Of a stretch of DNA of 64,000 nucleotides, positions 55,956 through 64,000 are shown in pieces. The translations under genes and the position numbers were made by a program. The DNA comes from Firmicutes bacterium UBA5486 (GTDB taxonomy: Bacteria; Bacillota; UBA4882; UBA10575). Below the pieces are notes generated by a model. The model worked only from the letters and a program-made list of their open reading frames with translations, did no database searches and had not been told where the DNA came from. The stretch covers positions 6 through 64,005 of the forward strand of contig DIPO01000066.1 in assembly GCA_002427045.1 (NCBI GenBank). Reading direction: 5' to 3'. Numbering within the stretch: position 1 is the stretch's first letter; every line of letters starts with the position of its first letter.

Positions 55956-56522
55956 TTAGGAATACAAATAATAGTAAATATGGTACCCCCTAAAAACTTT
56001 AGCAATATAGCGCCGGGTTTCCAAATAAGGTATACTATGCAAATCATTCAGTTTTCCCTGCCAAACTCCTGAATCCAGCCATTCTTTTACCTTTGCCCGG
56101 CCCGCATTATAAGAAGCTAAAACCAAGACTACATCGCCATCAAACTCCTCTAACAGATAAGCAAAGTACCAGATACCAATCTCCAGATTAACCTCAGGTT
56201 TATAAAGCTCTTCAATATCCAAAGTTCTTCCTTGCTGAGCGCTAACCCATAATGCAGTTTCGGGCATAATCTGCATTAAACCTCGTGCCCCTTTTCGCGA
56301 CTCCGCTCTTGAATTAAATTTACTTTCTACAAAGATCAGAGCAGCTATCAAATTGGGATCAATTCTTGAAGCTTCTACTTTTTCCTCAATTAAATGCCGG
56401 AAGTCGTAGGGAAAAACTAAGCGTCCTAAAGGTTTATGGAAAATGACTCCTAGCATAAAAAGGAGAAACAAAAAAAATAAGGCCACATAAGACTTCCTTA
56501 AAATTAAAATCATTTTCCCCAC
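55956..56522 (-). CDS. Lytic transglycosylase (SLT domain)
   Basis: The supporting motifs are LIAALIFVESKFNSRAESRKGARGLMQIMPETA and SYNAG. Confidence 0.85.
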   Translation of the reverse strand: MGKMILILRKSYVALFFLFLLFMLGVIFHKPLGRLVFPYDFRHLIEEKVEASRIDPNLIAALIFVESKFNSRAESRKGARGLMQIMPETALWVSAQQGRTLDIEELYKPEVNLEIGIWYFAYLLEEFDGDVVLVLASYNAGRAKVKEWLDSGVWQGKLNDLHSIPYLETRRYIAKVFRGYHIYYYLYS

Positions 56523-56676
56523 CGCCTGAGATTATACTATTTAAGGAATTGTATAGTTCCTTTGTTTAATTTTTGACAAAACATCTATACAATACCGTAG
56601 GCAATTATACAATTCATTCCCTCAAATATCATCTATGCATCAAAAGGTTTATTATTCCTTGAGACTCCCCGCTAAT

Positions 56677-57294
56677 TTAATTATTTCTTTTTTTAGTTTT
56701 TACCCAGATTTGTTTAACTTTCTCCCGTAGCTCTTCTAATGTTCCCTCATTATTAATAACTACATCGGCAAGTGCGATCTTTTGTGCTAAAGGCATCTGC
56801 GCACTAATCCGCTTAACAGCATCTATTTGAGAAAGTGAATTCCGTACCATCACCCTTTGAATTTGCGTTTGAGAAGAGACAGCCACTACCCATATCTCAT
56901 CAACCAATGACTCCAGCTTTGCCTCAAAAAGCAGAGGTATTTCTACCACCACATCTTCCCCCCGGCTCCGACTTTCTCCAATTTCCCCCATTATCTTTGT
57001 TTTAATCGCCGGATGGGTTATGTTATTTAGAATCTGACGTTTTTTAGCATCAGAAAAAACTATCCCTCCTAAAACTTTCCGGTCAATCTCTCCCTCAGGG
57101 GAAAGAATTTCCCGGCCAAAACTCTCAATAAGCTGATAATATACTTCAGTACCAGGGGTTAGTAATTGGTGGCCGATTTGATCCGCATTAATCAGTTTTA
57201 ATCCTAAATCCTTTAAAATTCCAGCCACAGTAGATTTTCCGGTTCCTATTCCTCCGGTCAGGCCGATCACTATCCCTTGGTTATCTTGATTCAT
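56677..57294 (-). CDS. coaE: Dephospho-CoA kinase
   Basis: The supporting motifs are IGLTGGIGTGKSTV and PLLFE. Confidence 0.92.
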   Translation of the reverse strand: MNQDNQGIVIGLTGGIGTGKSTVAGILKDLGLKLINADQIGHQLLTPGTEVYYQLIESFGREILSPEGEIDRKVLGGIVFSDAKKRQILNNITHPAIKTKIMGEIGESRSRGEDVVVEIPLLFEAKLESLVDEIWVVAVSSQTQIQRVMVRNSLSQIDAVKRISAQMPLAQKIALADVVINNEGTLEELREKVKQIWVKTKKRNN

Positions 57295-57310
57295 GGTTTC
57301 AAATCTACCC

Positions 57311-57423
57311 CCTCGTGGCTCGAATCTCGTCGCTCGTGTTGAATGACAGCCTTTGTAAGACTATAGATGAAAGTTCAATTTTCATCCTTTCGCTTGCCCC
57401 AGCTTGCTGGGGTGAGCGACTAC
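57311..57423. repeat. Type-1 structured intergenic repeat
   Basis: The core GAATGACAGCCTTTGTAAGACTATAGATGAAAGTTC (57341-57376) recurs inverted at 41185-41219. Weaker relatives occur at 13209 and 23385. The element is bounded by GTCGCTC ... GAGCGAC inverted termini and contains an internal CCCCAG-cttg-CTGGGG hairpin. Confidence 0.75.
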
Positions 57424-57424
57424 C

Positions 57425-57590
57425 TAGAAAATAGCCCTAGTTGATTCACCCGACCTTGATTAAAACACTGGCGTGTACAGCAGAAGTCGGCGTGAACAAC
57501 CAATTTAAGTGCCTCCGATGCCTGTCGACCCACCTGACTTTGATTTTCATCACTTCATGTGCACGGGCGGTAGCCAGCGTGGGCGACTAC
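57425..57590. repeat. Type-2 structured intergenic repeat, copy B
   Basis: This copy is homologous to 16091-16258. Hairpin 1 pairs 57440-57454 with 57486-57500. Hairpin 2 pairs 57524-57538 with 57573-57587. The element ends directly at the fpg stop codon. Confidence 0.8.
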
Positions 57591-58445
57591 TTAAACCTTC
57601 TTTAAAGGCTGACAGTTCGGACAATAATGGGTACCCCGCCCGGCAACCCTGGTATAGTTAATAGTACCTCCACAAACTAAACAGGATTCTTCCTTCCGGC
57701 CATAAACATTCAAGTAATTCTGATACTCTCCCGGCTCTCCCCGGCCATCTACATAATCCTGCCTGGTGGTTCCGCGATGATTAATCGCCTTTGTTAGTAT
57801 TTCTTGTATACTCTGATAGATTCTTTCCCATTCCTGAGCAGTAATTTCTCTGGCCGGGCAAGTCGGATGGACTCCTGCCCGAAAAAGGGTTTCATCCGCA
57901 TAAATATTCCCCAATCCGGCAATAACAGTCTGATCAAGGAGCAACCCTTTTATAGGGCCTTTTCTCCTCGAAGCCGCAGTTTTTAAACTGAAGAGTACCA
58001 CTTCTTTCTTATCAGCTACTGGTTCTGGGCCCAGTTTTTTAAGACCGGCAGGAGGATTTGCAGGTTCATAAAGAACTACTGTACCAAATTTCCTAGGGTC
58101 AACAAAGTGTAAACTATTCCCATCACTAAAACTTAGGATTAAAGTAGTATGTTTTTCTGGAGCAGACAACCCCGCTTTATATAGAAGTTTTCCGGTCATC
58201 CGGAGATGGAAGGCTACCCGCTGACTATTATCCAAAATAAAAATAAGATATTTCCCTCTACGCAGAAGATCTTCAATTTTTCTACCGATTAACGCCAGTT
58301 TCAGTTCCTCCGGCGCGATGGGTCTGACTGCCTTTTCTAAGAATATTTCTACTTCCTGAATCTCTTTGTCTATCACTACAGGTAAAAGTGATCTCCTTAC
58401 GGTTTCTACCTCAGGCAACTCAGGCATTAGACTAAATCCCCCCAA
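57591..58445 (-). CDS. mutM: Formamidopyrimidine-DNA glycosylase
   Basis: The N-terminus MPELPEVETV and the C-terminal zinc finger CLVCGG...YCPNCQ identify the family. The likely start is 58427. Confidence 0.93.
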   Translation of the reverse strand: MGGFSLMPELPEVETVRRSLLPVVIDKEIQEVEIFLEKAVRPIAPEELKLALIGRKIEDLLRRGKYLIFILDNSQRVAFHLRMTGKLLYKAGLSAPEKHTTLILSFSDGNSLHFVDPRKFGTVVLYEPANPPAGLKKLGPEPVADKKEVVLFSLKTAASRRKGPIKGLLLDQTVIAGLGNIYADETLFRAGVHPTCPAREITAQEWERIYQSIQEILTKAINHRGTTRQDYVDGRGEPGEYQNYLNVYGRKEESCLVCGGTINYTRVAGRGTHYCPNCQPLKKV

Positions 58446-61114
58446 TTTTCTCCGGTTGTAATTTCAACACGTAAAGGAACCTTTAATGAGAAGGCATTTT
58501 CCATCTCTGCTTGCAGAACCTCTCCGGCTTCCTTAATCGCTTCCCGTTCTACCTCTAGTATTAACTCGTCATGGACTTGTAAAAGTAGATTAGCCGGGAT
58601 TCGTTCTTTCTGTAAGCGTTCATCAACACGAACCATCGCTAGTTTTATTAGATCCGCTGCAGAACCTTGAATTGGAGTATTTCTAGCCATTCTCTCGGCA
58701 AAGGAACGCCGTTGGAAATTTCGTGAAGTCAAATCCGGCAAGTAACGCCGGCGGTTCATGATCGTACTGACATAACCTACTTCACGAGCCTTGGTAATCG
58801 AATCCTCTAAATACGATTTTACCCCTTTATACTTTAAGAAATAGGCCTTAATAAAAGCTTCAGCCTCCTGACGAGAAACCCCGATCCCTTTTGCCAGCCC
58901 AAAACCGCTAATTCCATAAATAATTCCAAAATTAACTGCTTTTGCTTGATTTCTCATCTCTGAGGTGACGCGTTCAGCAGGAAGATCAAAAATCTCTGCT
59001 GCTGTTCGTTGATGGATATCCTCTTCCGCCATAAAGGCGGCAATTAATTTTTCATCTTCAGAAAGATGAGCCATAATTCTCAATTCAATCTGAGAATAAT
59101 CTGCAGATAATAAAAGCATCTCTTGATCTCCAGGAACAAAACATCTCCGGATCTCCCGCCCTTCTTCGGTCCTAACCGGAATATTCTGGAGATTCGGATC
59201 TGTACTGCTTAATCTCCCAGTAGCGGTCACTGCTTGATGAAAAGTCGTATGAATTTTATAATCAGAAGGTTGTGCAAGATTAAGTAAAGACTCAACATAA
59301 GTAGAGTTAAGTTTCACCAACCCACGATAATCCAAAACTTTACTAATAATCGGATGCTGTGTCAAAAGGCCGTCCAAAACCTCAGCATCTGTAGAATAGC
59401 CGGTTTTCGTTTTTTTACTAACTGGTAAACCTAAACGTTCAAAAAGAATTACCCCAAGTTGTTTGGGTGAAGAAATATTAAACTCTTCCCCTGCCAGCTG
59501 GTAGATCTCCTGCTCTAAACGGTTAATTCTCTGTGCATACTCTTCTTTCAAATTAGTAAGCAGCTCAGGGCAGACCGTTATACCCTGTTTCTCCATGGTA
59601 AATAGTATTTTAACTAGCGGCATTTCCACCTGGTAGAACAATTCTTCTATTCCTTCGGTTTCAATCCGCTCCTTCAAAACCGTAAAGAGTCTTAATAGAG
59701 CTCCAGTCCGCCAGGCTCCAGCTGTAGCCATCTCCTCCGCTGGCCAATCAGCCGGTAGTGAAAAGACTGCTTTTCTTTTCTTCTTTTCATCGAGAAGCTC
59801 CGGAATCTCAAGCCTAAGTAAAGTTTTTGCCACCTCTTCCAGTTTAACTCCATTCTTACCTCCACTAATCAGGTATGAAGCGATCAGAGTATCAAAATCA
59901 CAACCATTAAACTCTGAATTATATTTATTAGCCAGTAACATATGGGTCTTAACATCATGGCAAATCTTTTTTGCCTTAGGATCAAGCAGCCACCGATGAA
60001 GGGGCTCCGGAAAAGAGACTGCTTCCTGAGTTAAAGGTAAAAACCCGTGCTGGTCTTGGGAAAGTGAAAAAGAGGCCCCTAAAACCTTCGCTGCTTGCCA
60101 AGTTGCCTCTACGGCAAGAAACTGAAAAGCTACTGGGTGATTCAGACTCCCCTCCAGAAAAGTAGGGAGTTCATCCCCCTGGATAATTTTAACCTCCGGT
60201 AATACGTTCTCTCCAACCTCAACCCGGACTTTTTCTTCCTCTACAGCCTGGGGAAGTATTTTCTTTAATAAACTTTTGAATTCTAATTCCTTAAAAAAAG
60301 CTGCCAGTTCTTCTGGAGCAGGCTTCTTCCACTGACATTCATCCGGACAAACCGGAAGGTTAAGCTCCCGCAGGATCGTAGTCAGCTCTATATATTTTCC
60401 AACCTGAACAGCATGTTCTGCCAGCAGATTCTGGATCCGAGGAGGTGTTACTTCCTCCAGATGGTTATAAATCTCCTCCAAGTTGTTAAACTTCTGTAGC
60501 AGGCTGGTAGCAGTCTTTTCACCAATTCCCGGTACTCCTGGAATATTATCGGCAGCATCGCCTTTTAAGGCCTTAAAATCCCTCCATTGTTCAGGGACCA
60601 AGCCGTATTTTTTCTGTACATAATCCCGATCTACTTTAACTAAATCAGTAATCCCCCTCCGCGTATAATAGACAGATACGCCATCTTCAATCAATTGAAA
60701 GGAGTCTTTATCCCCGGTAACAATATAGACTTCTATTCCTTGCTCCTTGGCCTGGTGAGCCATGGTTCCAATTACATCATCCGCCTCAAAGCCTTTTAAT
60801 CCCACAACCTGAGCTCCCAAAATCTCATAAAATTTCTTTATATAAGGAAGTTGTAAACGGAATTCATCATCCATTGGTTTCCGCGTTGCTTTATAATCTT
60901 CATAAGCTTCATGACGGAAAGTCTTTCCCAGGTCTTCCGCCACTACAAAATAATCCGGCTGGGCATCATCTACCAATTTTAAGACCATCATCACTACACC
61001 ATAAACCGCACTCGTTGGAAGGCCCTCTGAAGTCTTAAAACCTTGTCTTTTTAAAGCATGAAAAGCTCGATAAGCTAAACTATGACCATCAATAATTAAC
61101 ATCTTCTGTTTCAT
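58427..61114 (-). CDS. polA: DNA polymerase I
   Basis: The protein is 895 aa. It has a 5'-3' exonuclease N-terminus (LIIDGHSLAYRAF) and polymerase motifs (DYSQIELR, QVHDELI). Confidence 0.96.
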   Translation of the reverse strand: MKQKMLIIDGHSLAYRAFHALKRQGFKTSEGLPTSAVYGVVMMVLKLVDDAQPDYFVVAEDLGKTFRHEAYEDYKATRKPMDDEFRLQLPYIKKFYEILGAQVVGLKGFEADDVIGTMAHQAKEQGIEVYIVTGDKDSFQLIEDGVSVYYTRRGITDLVKVDRDYVQKKYGLVPEQWRDFKALKGDAADNIPGVPGIGEKTATSLLQKFNNLEEIYNHLEEVTPPRIQNLLAEHAVQVGKYIELTTILRELNLPVCPDECQWKKPAPEELAAFFKELEFKSLLKKILPQAVEEEKVRVEVGENVLPEVKIIQGDELPTFLEGSLNHPVAFQFLAVEATWQAAKVLGASFSLSQDQHGFLPLTQEAVSFPEPLHRWLLDPKAKKICHDVKTHMLLANKYNSEFNGCDFDTLIASYLISGGKNGVKLEEVAKTLLRLEIPELLDEKKKRKAVFSLPADWPAEEMATAGAWRTGALLRLFTVLKERIETEGIEELFYQVEMPLVKILFTMEKQGITVCPELLTNLKEEYAQRINRLEQEIYQLAGEEFNISSPKQLGVILFERLGLPVSKKTKTGYSTDAEVLDGLLTQHPIISKVLDYRGLVKLNSTYVESLLNLAQPSDYKIHTTFHQAVTATGRLSSTDPNLQNIPVRTEEGREIRRCFVPGDQEMLLLSADYSQIELRIMAHLSEDEKLIAAFMAEEDIHQRTAAEIFDLPAERVTSEMRNQAKAVNFGIIYGISGFGLAKGIGVSRQEAEAFIKAYFLKYKGVKSYLEDSITKAREVGYVSTIMNRRRYLPDLTSRNFQRRSFAERMARNTPIQGSAADLIKLAMVRVDERLQKERIPANLLLQVHDELILEVEREAIKEAGEVLQAEMENAFSLKVPLRVEITTGENWGDLV

Positions 61115-62129
61115 TTATGATCCCTCCCTTTTTCCTGTAAACTAAGGTAATGATCCCTTGCTAAAAATGCCAAGCCAATTGCATTATCAGATGATAAAAC
61201 AGCTTCGCCAAAAAATAATTCAACTGCTGGTAAATCCTTACTTAAACGAGACTTTAACTCTCGACGTAAATAACTATTAGAAGCTACACCCCCGAAGATC
61301 AAGACTTTACTACTCCCCTTCTCAGCTGCTTTAATTTTTCTTCCCTCACGAAGCAGACGAAAGATTGATTCTACTAAGCAGTCCAAAACTGCTAGTGCCA
61401 AGTCTTCAGGTTTTGCCCCTTTTTCCAGCTCCCGTAAAGCCGCTGAAGTAGGCCCTGAAAAACTCAGGTCAAGCCCCTGCACTGAAACTGGTAAGCTAAT
61501 GGTTGCCTTGCCTTCCCTTGCCAGGTGCTCTAGATGAGGGCCAGCCGGGAAAGGTAAACCTAAAGCTACCCCCACCCGATCAACCATCTGTCCGGCATGA
61601 AGATCGGTCGTTCCTCCCATTAATTCAATGGCAAAGCCCGATTTTTCTTTTTTTATAAATAAAAGTTCAGTGGTCCCCCCAGAGAGGTGTACCCCTAAAA
61701 ATTCATCATCATCAAGGCCTGTTCCTTCCATCGCAGCCCGGATATGTCCTTCTTGATGCGAAGAGCTTATTAAAGGTACAGAAGTTGAGGCCGAAATAGC
61801 CCGGGCAAAACCACCCCCCGCCAAAAAACAGGGAGGTAAGAGCCACTAACCGGCCGTGGCCGGGCTGAATAGGCGACCGCTTGCAGCGGATAAAAAGGTG
61901 CTGCCTCTTCAATTAATTCTGTTAAGTTATTTAAATGTTGGAAAAGGGCTTCTGATTGACGAAGCCCTTTTTCTCCTGGTTTAACCTTTAAAATCCGGCG
62001 TAAATCTTTTATAATTCTACCTTGTTCATCAACTACGCCAAAGGATGTTGTATAACAACTAGTATCGACCCCCAGAAAAAAAGCTTGGGGAAACGGAGTC
62101 TCTCCGTTAATCTTTAACAACTTTTCCAC
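61111..62129 (-). pseudogene. TsaD/Kae1-like (ASKHA, peptidase M22 family) gene interrupted by a frameshift
   Basis: The N-terminal frame (62129-61770) gives FLGVDTSCYTTSFGVV...SARPRPVSGSYLPVF, then drifts to a stop. The C-terminal frame (61824-61111) gives LAGGGFARAIS...SSHQEGHI...GGVASN. The frames join within the A6 (61823-61828) and C6 (61814-61819) runs on the plus strand. Confidence 0.7.
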
Positions 62130-62147
62130 CTCAAAACCAACGATTCT

Positions 62148-62624
62148 TTAATCGTTTTCCGCTTCAGTTGATTCCAGATTAATCTGTTTCTGCAGTTCTT
62201 TAATGATTGTCCCTAAAACTCCATTGACAAATCTTCCGGAATCTTCTTCTCCATACTTCTTTGCAATCTCTACAGCTTCATTAACCGTAACTTCCACTGG
62301 TATATCTTTTTGATGTAATATTTCGTAAACCGCCAGCCTAAGGATATTCCTATCGGTACTAGCCATTCTTTGTAATGGCCATTCTTCTGAGGAACGTGTA
62401 AGAAGATAATCCACTTCCTGAAGTTTATCCATTACTCCGCTAACCAGTTCCTCCAAGAATACTTCCGAATGCTTAGGGATTCCGTTTTCATCCATCGTCA
62501 TTTTTAATGCATCTTCCCACGGTATTCTACCAATATCGACCTGAAACAAAATTTGAAAGGCCAGCTCTCTTGCCATGCGTCTGCTCATAAAATTAACCCT
62601 CCGGCACGGATCACCCGCTGCCAA
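62148..62624 (-). CDS. nusB: Transcription antitermination factor NusB
   Basis: The motifs are RRMARELAFQILFQ and NAVLR-like NGVLG. The likely start is 62588. Confidence 0.9.
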   Translation of the reverse strand: MAAGDPCRRVNFMSRRMARELAFQILFQVDIGRIPWEDALKMTMDENGIPKHSEVFLEELVSGVMDKLQEVDYLLTRSSEEWPLQRMASTDRNILRLAVYEILHQKDIPVEVTVNEAVEIAKKYGEEDSGRFVNGVLGTIIKELQKQINLESTEAEND

Positions 62625-62627
62625 ATA

Positions 62628-62870
62628 TTACTTAAGTTTTCTTCTTCTGTATCTACTAAAATTATCTTTAGCCTTTTCCCAGAATTCTCCCTCACCATCA
62701 GCTTTTTTCCCGGCAAAATAACCTACCAATACACAGAATAAAAAAGATAAAGCCTTAATCCACCCGAGCCCAATCACCAAAATCCCGGTAATCAGGCCAA
62801 GAATTGTTCCAAAGATCCGGCTCTTGTAAATCGCTAAGACTTTTATGAGCCGATCAGTCTTATCTTCCAT
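62628..62870 (-). CDS. DUF2273-type small membrane protein (Asp23 operon)
   Basis: The protein is 80 aa with two TM helices. It sits in the position typical of Asp23 clusters. Confidence 0.6.
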   Translation of the reverse strand: MEDKTDRLIKVLAIYKSRIFGTILGLITGILVIGLGWIKALSFLFCVLVGYFAGKKADGEGEFWEKAKDNFSRYRRRKLK

Positions 62871-62883
62871 GGCTTACCCTCCC

Positions 62884-63417
62884 TCACTCTACTCTGGCCC
62901 GGGCTTCGGCTGTAACTTTGGCAATTGTAATTTCAGAATTACTAACAGGAATTCCTACAGTATCATTAATATATTCTTTTAGATGGTTCCTAATTTCTTG
63001 GATCAATTGTGGAATATTTAGATCTGGACTACTGACAACCTTAATATCAAATTTAAGACCATCAACATCTGCCGCAACATCAACTTCTGCTTCCTTAACC
63101 CCACGAATCCTTTTAACTGCCCGTAAAGCCAAAGCTTCTACCGCATAAAAGGAGACCCTAATTTCTCCCAGTTCGGTCTCATGAATAATGGTCTGGAGTG
63201 GTTTTTTTGTATGCAATCCAGCCATTAACAACAGTAGGAAGAGGAGGAAAAAGAAGAGAAAACTGATAAACTTAAAGTTCTTTCCCTCTTCACCGATGGT
63301 AAGAAACGCTGTTACCTTGAATAAATCTTCTCCCATCAGCAAACTGAAAAAGAAGATTGACATCACCAACAAAACTAAGGAACAGAAGATAATAACCAAC
63401 CGGTAAGAAATCTTCAC
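62884..63417 (-). CDS. Alkaline shock response membrane anchor protein (AmaP-like)
   Basis: The protein has N-terminal TM helices and an Asp23-like C-terminal part. It lies downstream of the asp23-like gene. Confidence 0.6.
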   Translation of the reverse strand: MKISYRLVIIFCSLVLLVMSIFFFSLLMGEDLFKVTAFLTIGEEGKNFKFISFLFFFLLFLLLLMAGLHTKKPLQTIIHETELGEIRVSFYAVEALALRAVKRIRGVKEAEVDVAADVDGLKFDIKVVSSPDLNIPQLIQEIRNHLKEYINDTVGIPVSNSEITIAKVTAEARARVE

Positions 63418-63443
63418 CTATTCTCCCCTACCTTTCCAATAAT

Positions 63444-63866
63444 TTATTTTACTCTTTTTTCAGGCTGAGCTGGTGGTTCTTCCTGCTGGAATTCTACCCC
63501 TTGAATATGGACATTAACCTCAACCACATTTAAGCCAGTCATACTTTCTATCGCCCGTTTCACATTTTCTTGAATTTTAATCGCTACTTCTGGAATTTTA
63601 GATCCATATTCGATAACAATGTATAGATCTACTGCTGCTTCCTTCTCTCCAACCTCAACCCTAACCCCTTTGGATAAGTTCTTTTTCTTAAGCAGTTCAG
63701 TGATCCCATCTACCATCCCACCACTCATCCCAAAGACACCTTTAACTTCCATCGCAGCGATCCCGGCAATTACACCTACTACTTCATTGGCGATCCGTAT
63801 CGAACCATTTTTTTCATTCCATTCATGTTCTGGATTAAATTCATTGGCCAATCCTGCCACCTCCAT
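63444..63866 (-). CDS. Asp23/Gls24 family envelope stress protein
   Basis: The supporting motifs are IRIANEVVGVIAGIAAMEVKGV, VDLYIVIEYG, IPEV and VNVHIQGV. Confidence 0.88.
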   Translation of the reverse strand: MEVAGLANEFNPEHEWNEKNGSIRIANEVVGVIAGIAAMEVKGVFGMSGGMVDGITELLKKKNLSKGVRVEVGEKEAAVDLYIVIEYGSKIPEVAIKIQENVKRAIESMTGLNVVEVNVHIQGVEFQQEEPPAQPEKRVK

Positions 63867-64000
63867 TTAATTAAAAATTTGGGGAGTCCTCCTTAGAAAA
63901 TACTCTAATCATTCTTGAGTAATCTCCCGTTATTCTTTACCCAGCCTGGTCAGAATGTTGTTTCGCAAGTGATATTGGATTTCTTCATTAGAATTCTTGG

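Noticed and set aside
61712-61912. A minus-strand 66-aa ORF in the third frame at the TsaD-like frameshift site
   Set aside because: It is an artefact of the overlapping frames. The other two frames carry the recognisable family sequence.
63930-64000. A partial minus-strand ORF (...KNSNEEIQYHLRNNILTRLGKE, then stop) running off the right edge
   Set aside because: Only 22 codons are visible. That is too short to support a gene call or a product.

Overview
This window is chromosomal and almost every gene lies on the minus strand. It carries LPS/outer-membrane genes (lpxA, lpxC, lpxI, lptB, msbA) together with sporulation genes (an alpha/beta SASP and a SleB-like hydrolase). I infer a diderm, spore-forming Firmicute of the Negativicutes or Halanaerobiales type; this is inference, not a database hit.

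Layout:
- 1-12.1 kb: a complete type I-E CRISPR-Cas locus. The array has at least 37 repeats and runs off the left edge. It is followed by cas2, cas1, cas6e, cas5e, cas7e, cse2, cse1 and cas3, with a WYL-domain regulator upstream of cas3.
- 12.8-27.8 kb: housekeeping genes. These are a LysM/SleB hydrolase, a five-gene peptide ABC operon, gatCAB, ligA, an SSF symporter and tRNA-Arg(CCG).
- 28.9-47.9 kb: the LPS/outer-membrane cluster. It holds an LptF/G-type permease, lptB, LptA- and LptC-like genes, lpxI, lpxA, fabZ, lpxC, an atypical ABC pair, an O-antigen-ligase-like gene, two GT19/LpxB-like genes, a GT2, msbA and a TagF-like gene.
- 48-64 kb: housekeeping genes. These are speE, a Kbl/BioF-like gene, a SASP, a class V aminotransferase, pgsA, rimO, an SLT, coaE, fpg, polA, nusB and the Asp23 cluster.

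I saw no transposase, integrase or phage genes.

Main observations:
1. The array starts only 10 bp after the cas2 stop codon, so there is no room for a leader. In addition, cas1 and cas2 are split by a 101-bp AT-rich gap carrying phased AATTGCAT boxes.
2. A family of structured, MITE/REP-like intergenic repeats has at least 4 clear copies plus degenerate ones. They usually begin right after stop codons, one sits inside the peptide ABC operon, and one stem shows a compensatory change between copies.
3. A GlnQ-type ABC ATPase is translationally coupled to an 829-aa protein with a large ectodomain and a truncated permease-like C-terminus, inside the LPS cluster.
4. Two genes are broken by homopolymer frameshifts: a DsrE-like gene at a T9 run and a TsaD/Kae1-like gene at an A6/C6 run.

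Nothing here convinces me of a wholly new multi-gene system. The CRISPR junction architecture, the repeat family and the ABC pair are the best leads. All homology calls come from reading the translations and from memory; no searches were run.
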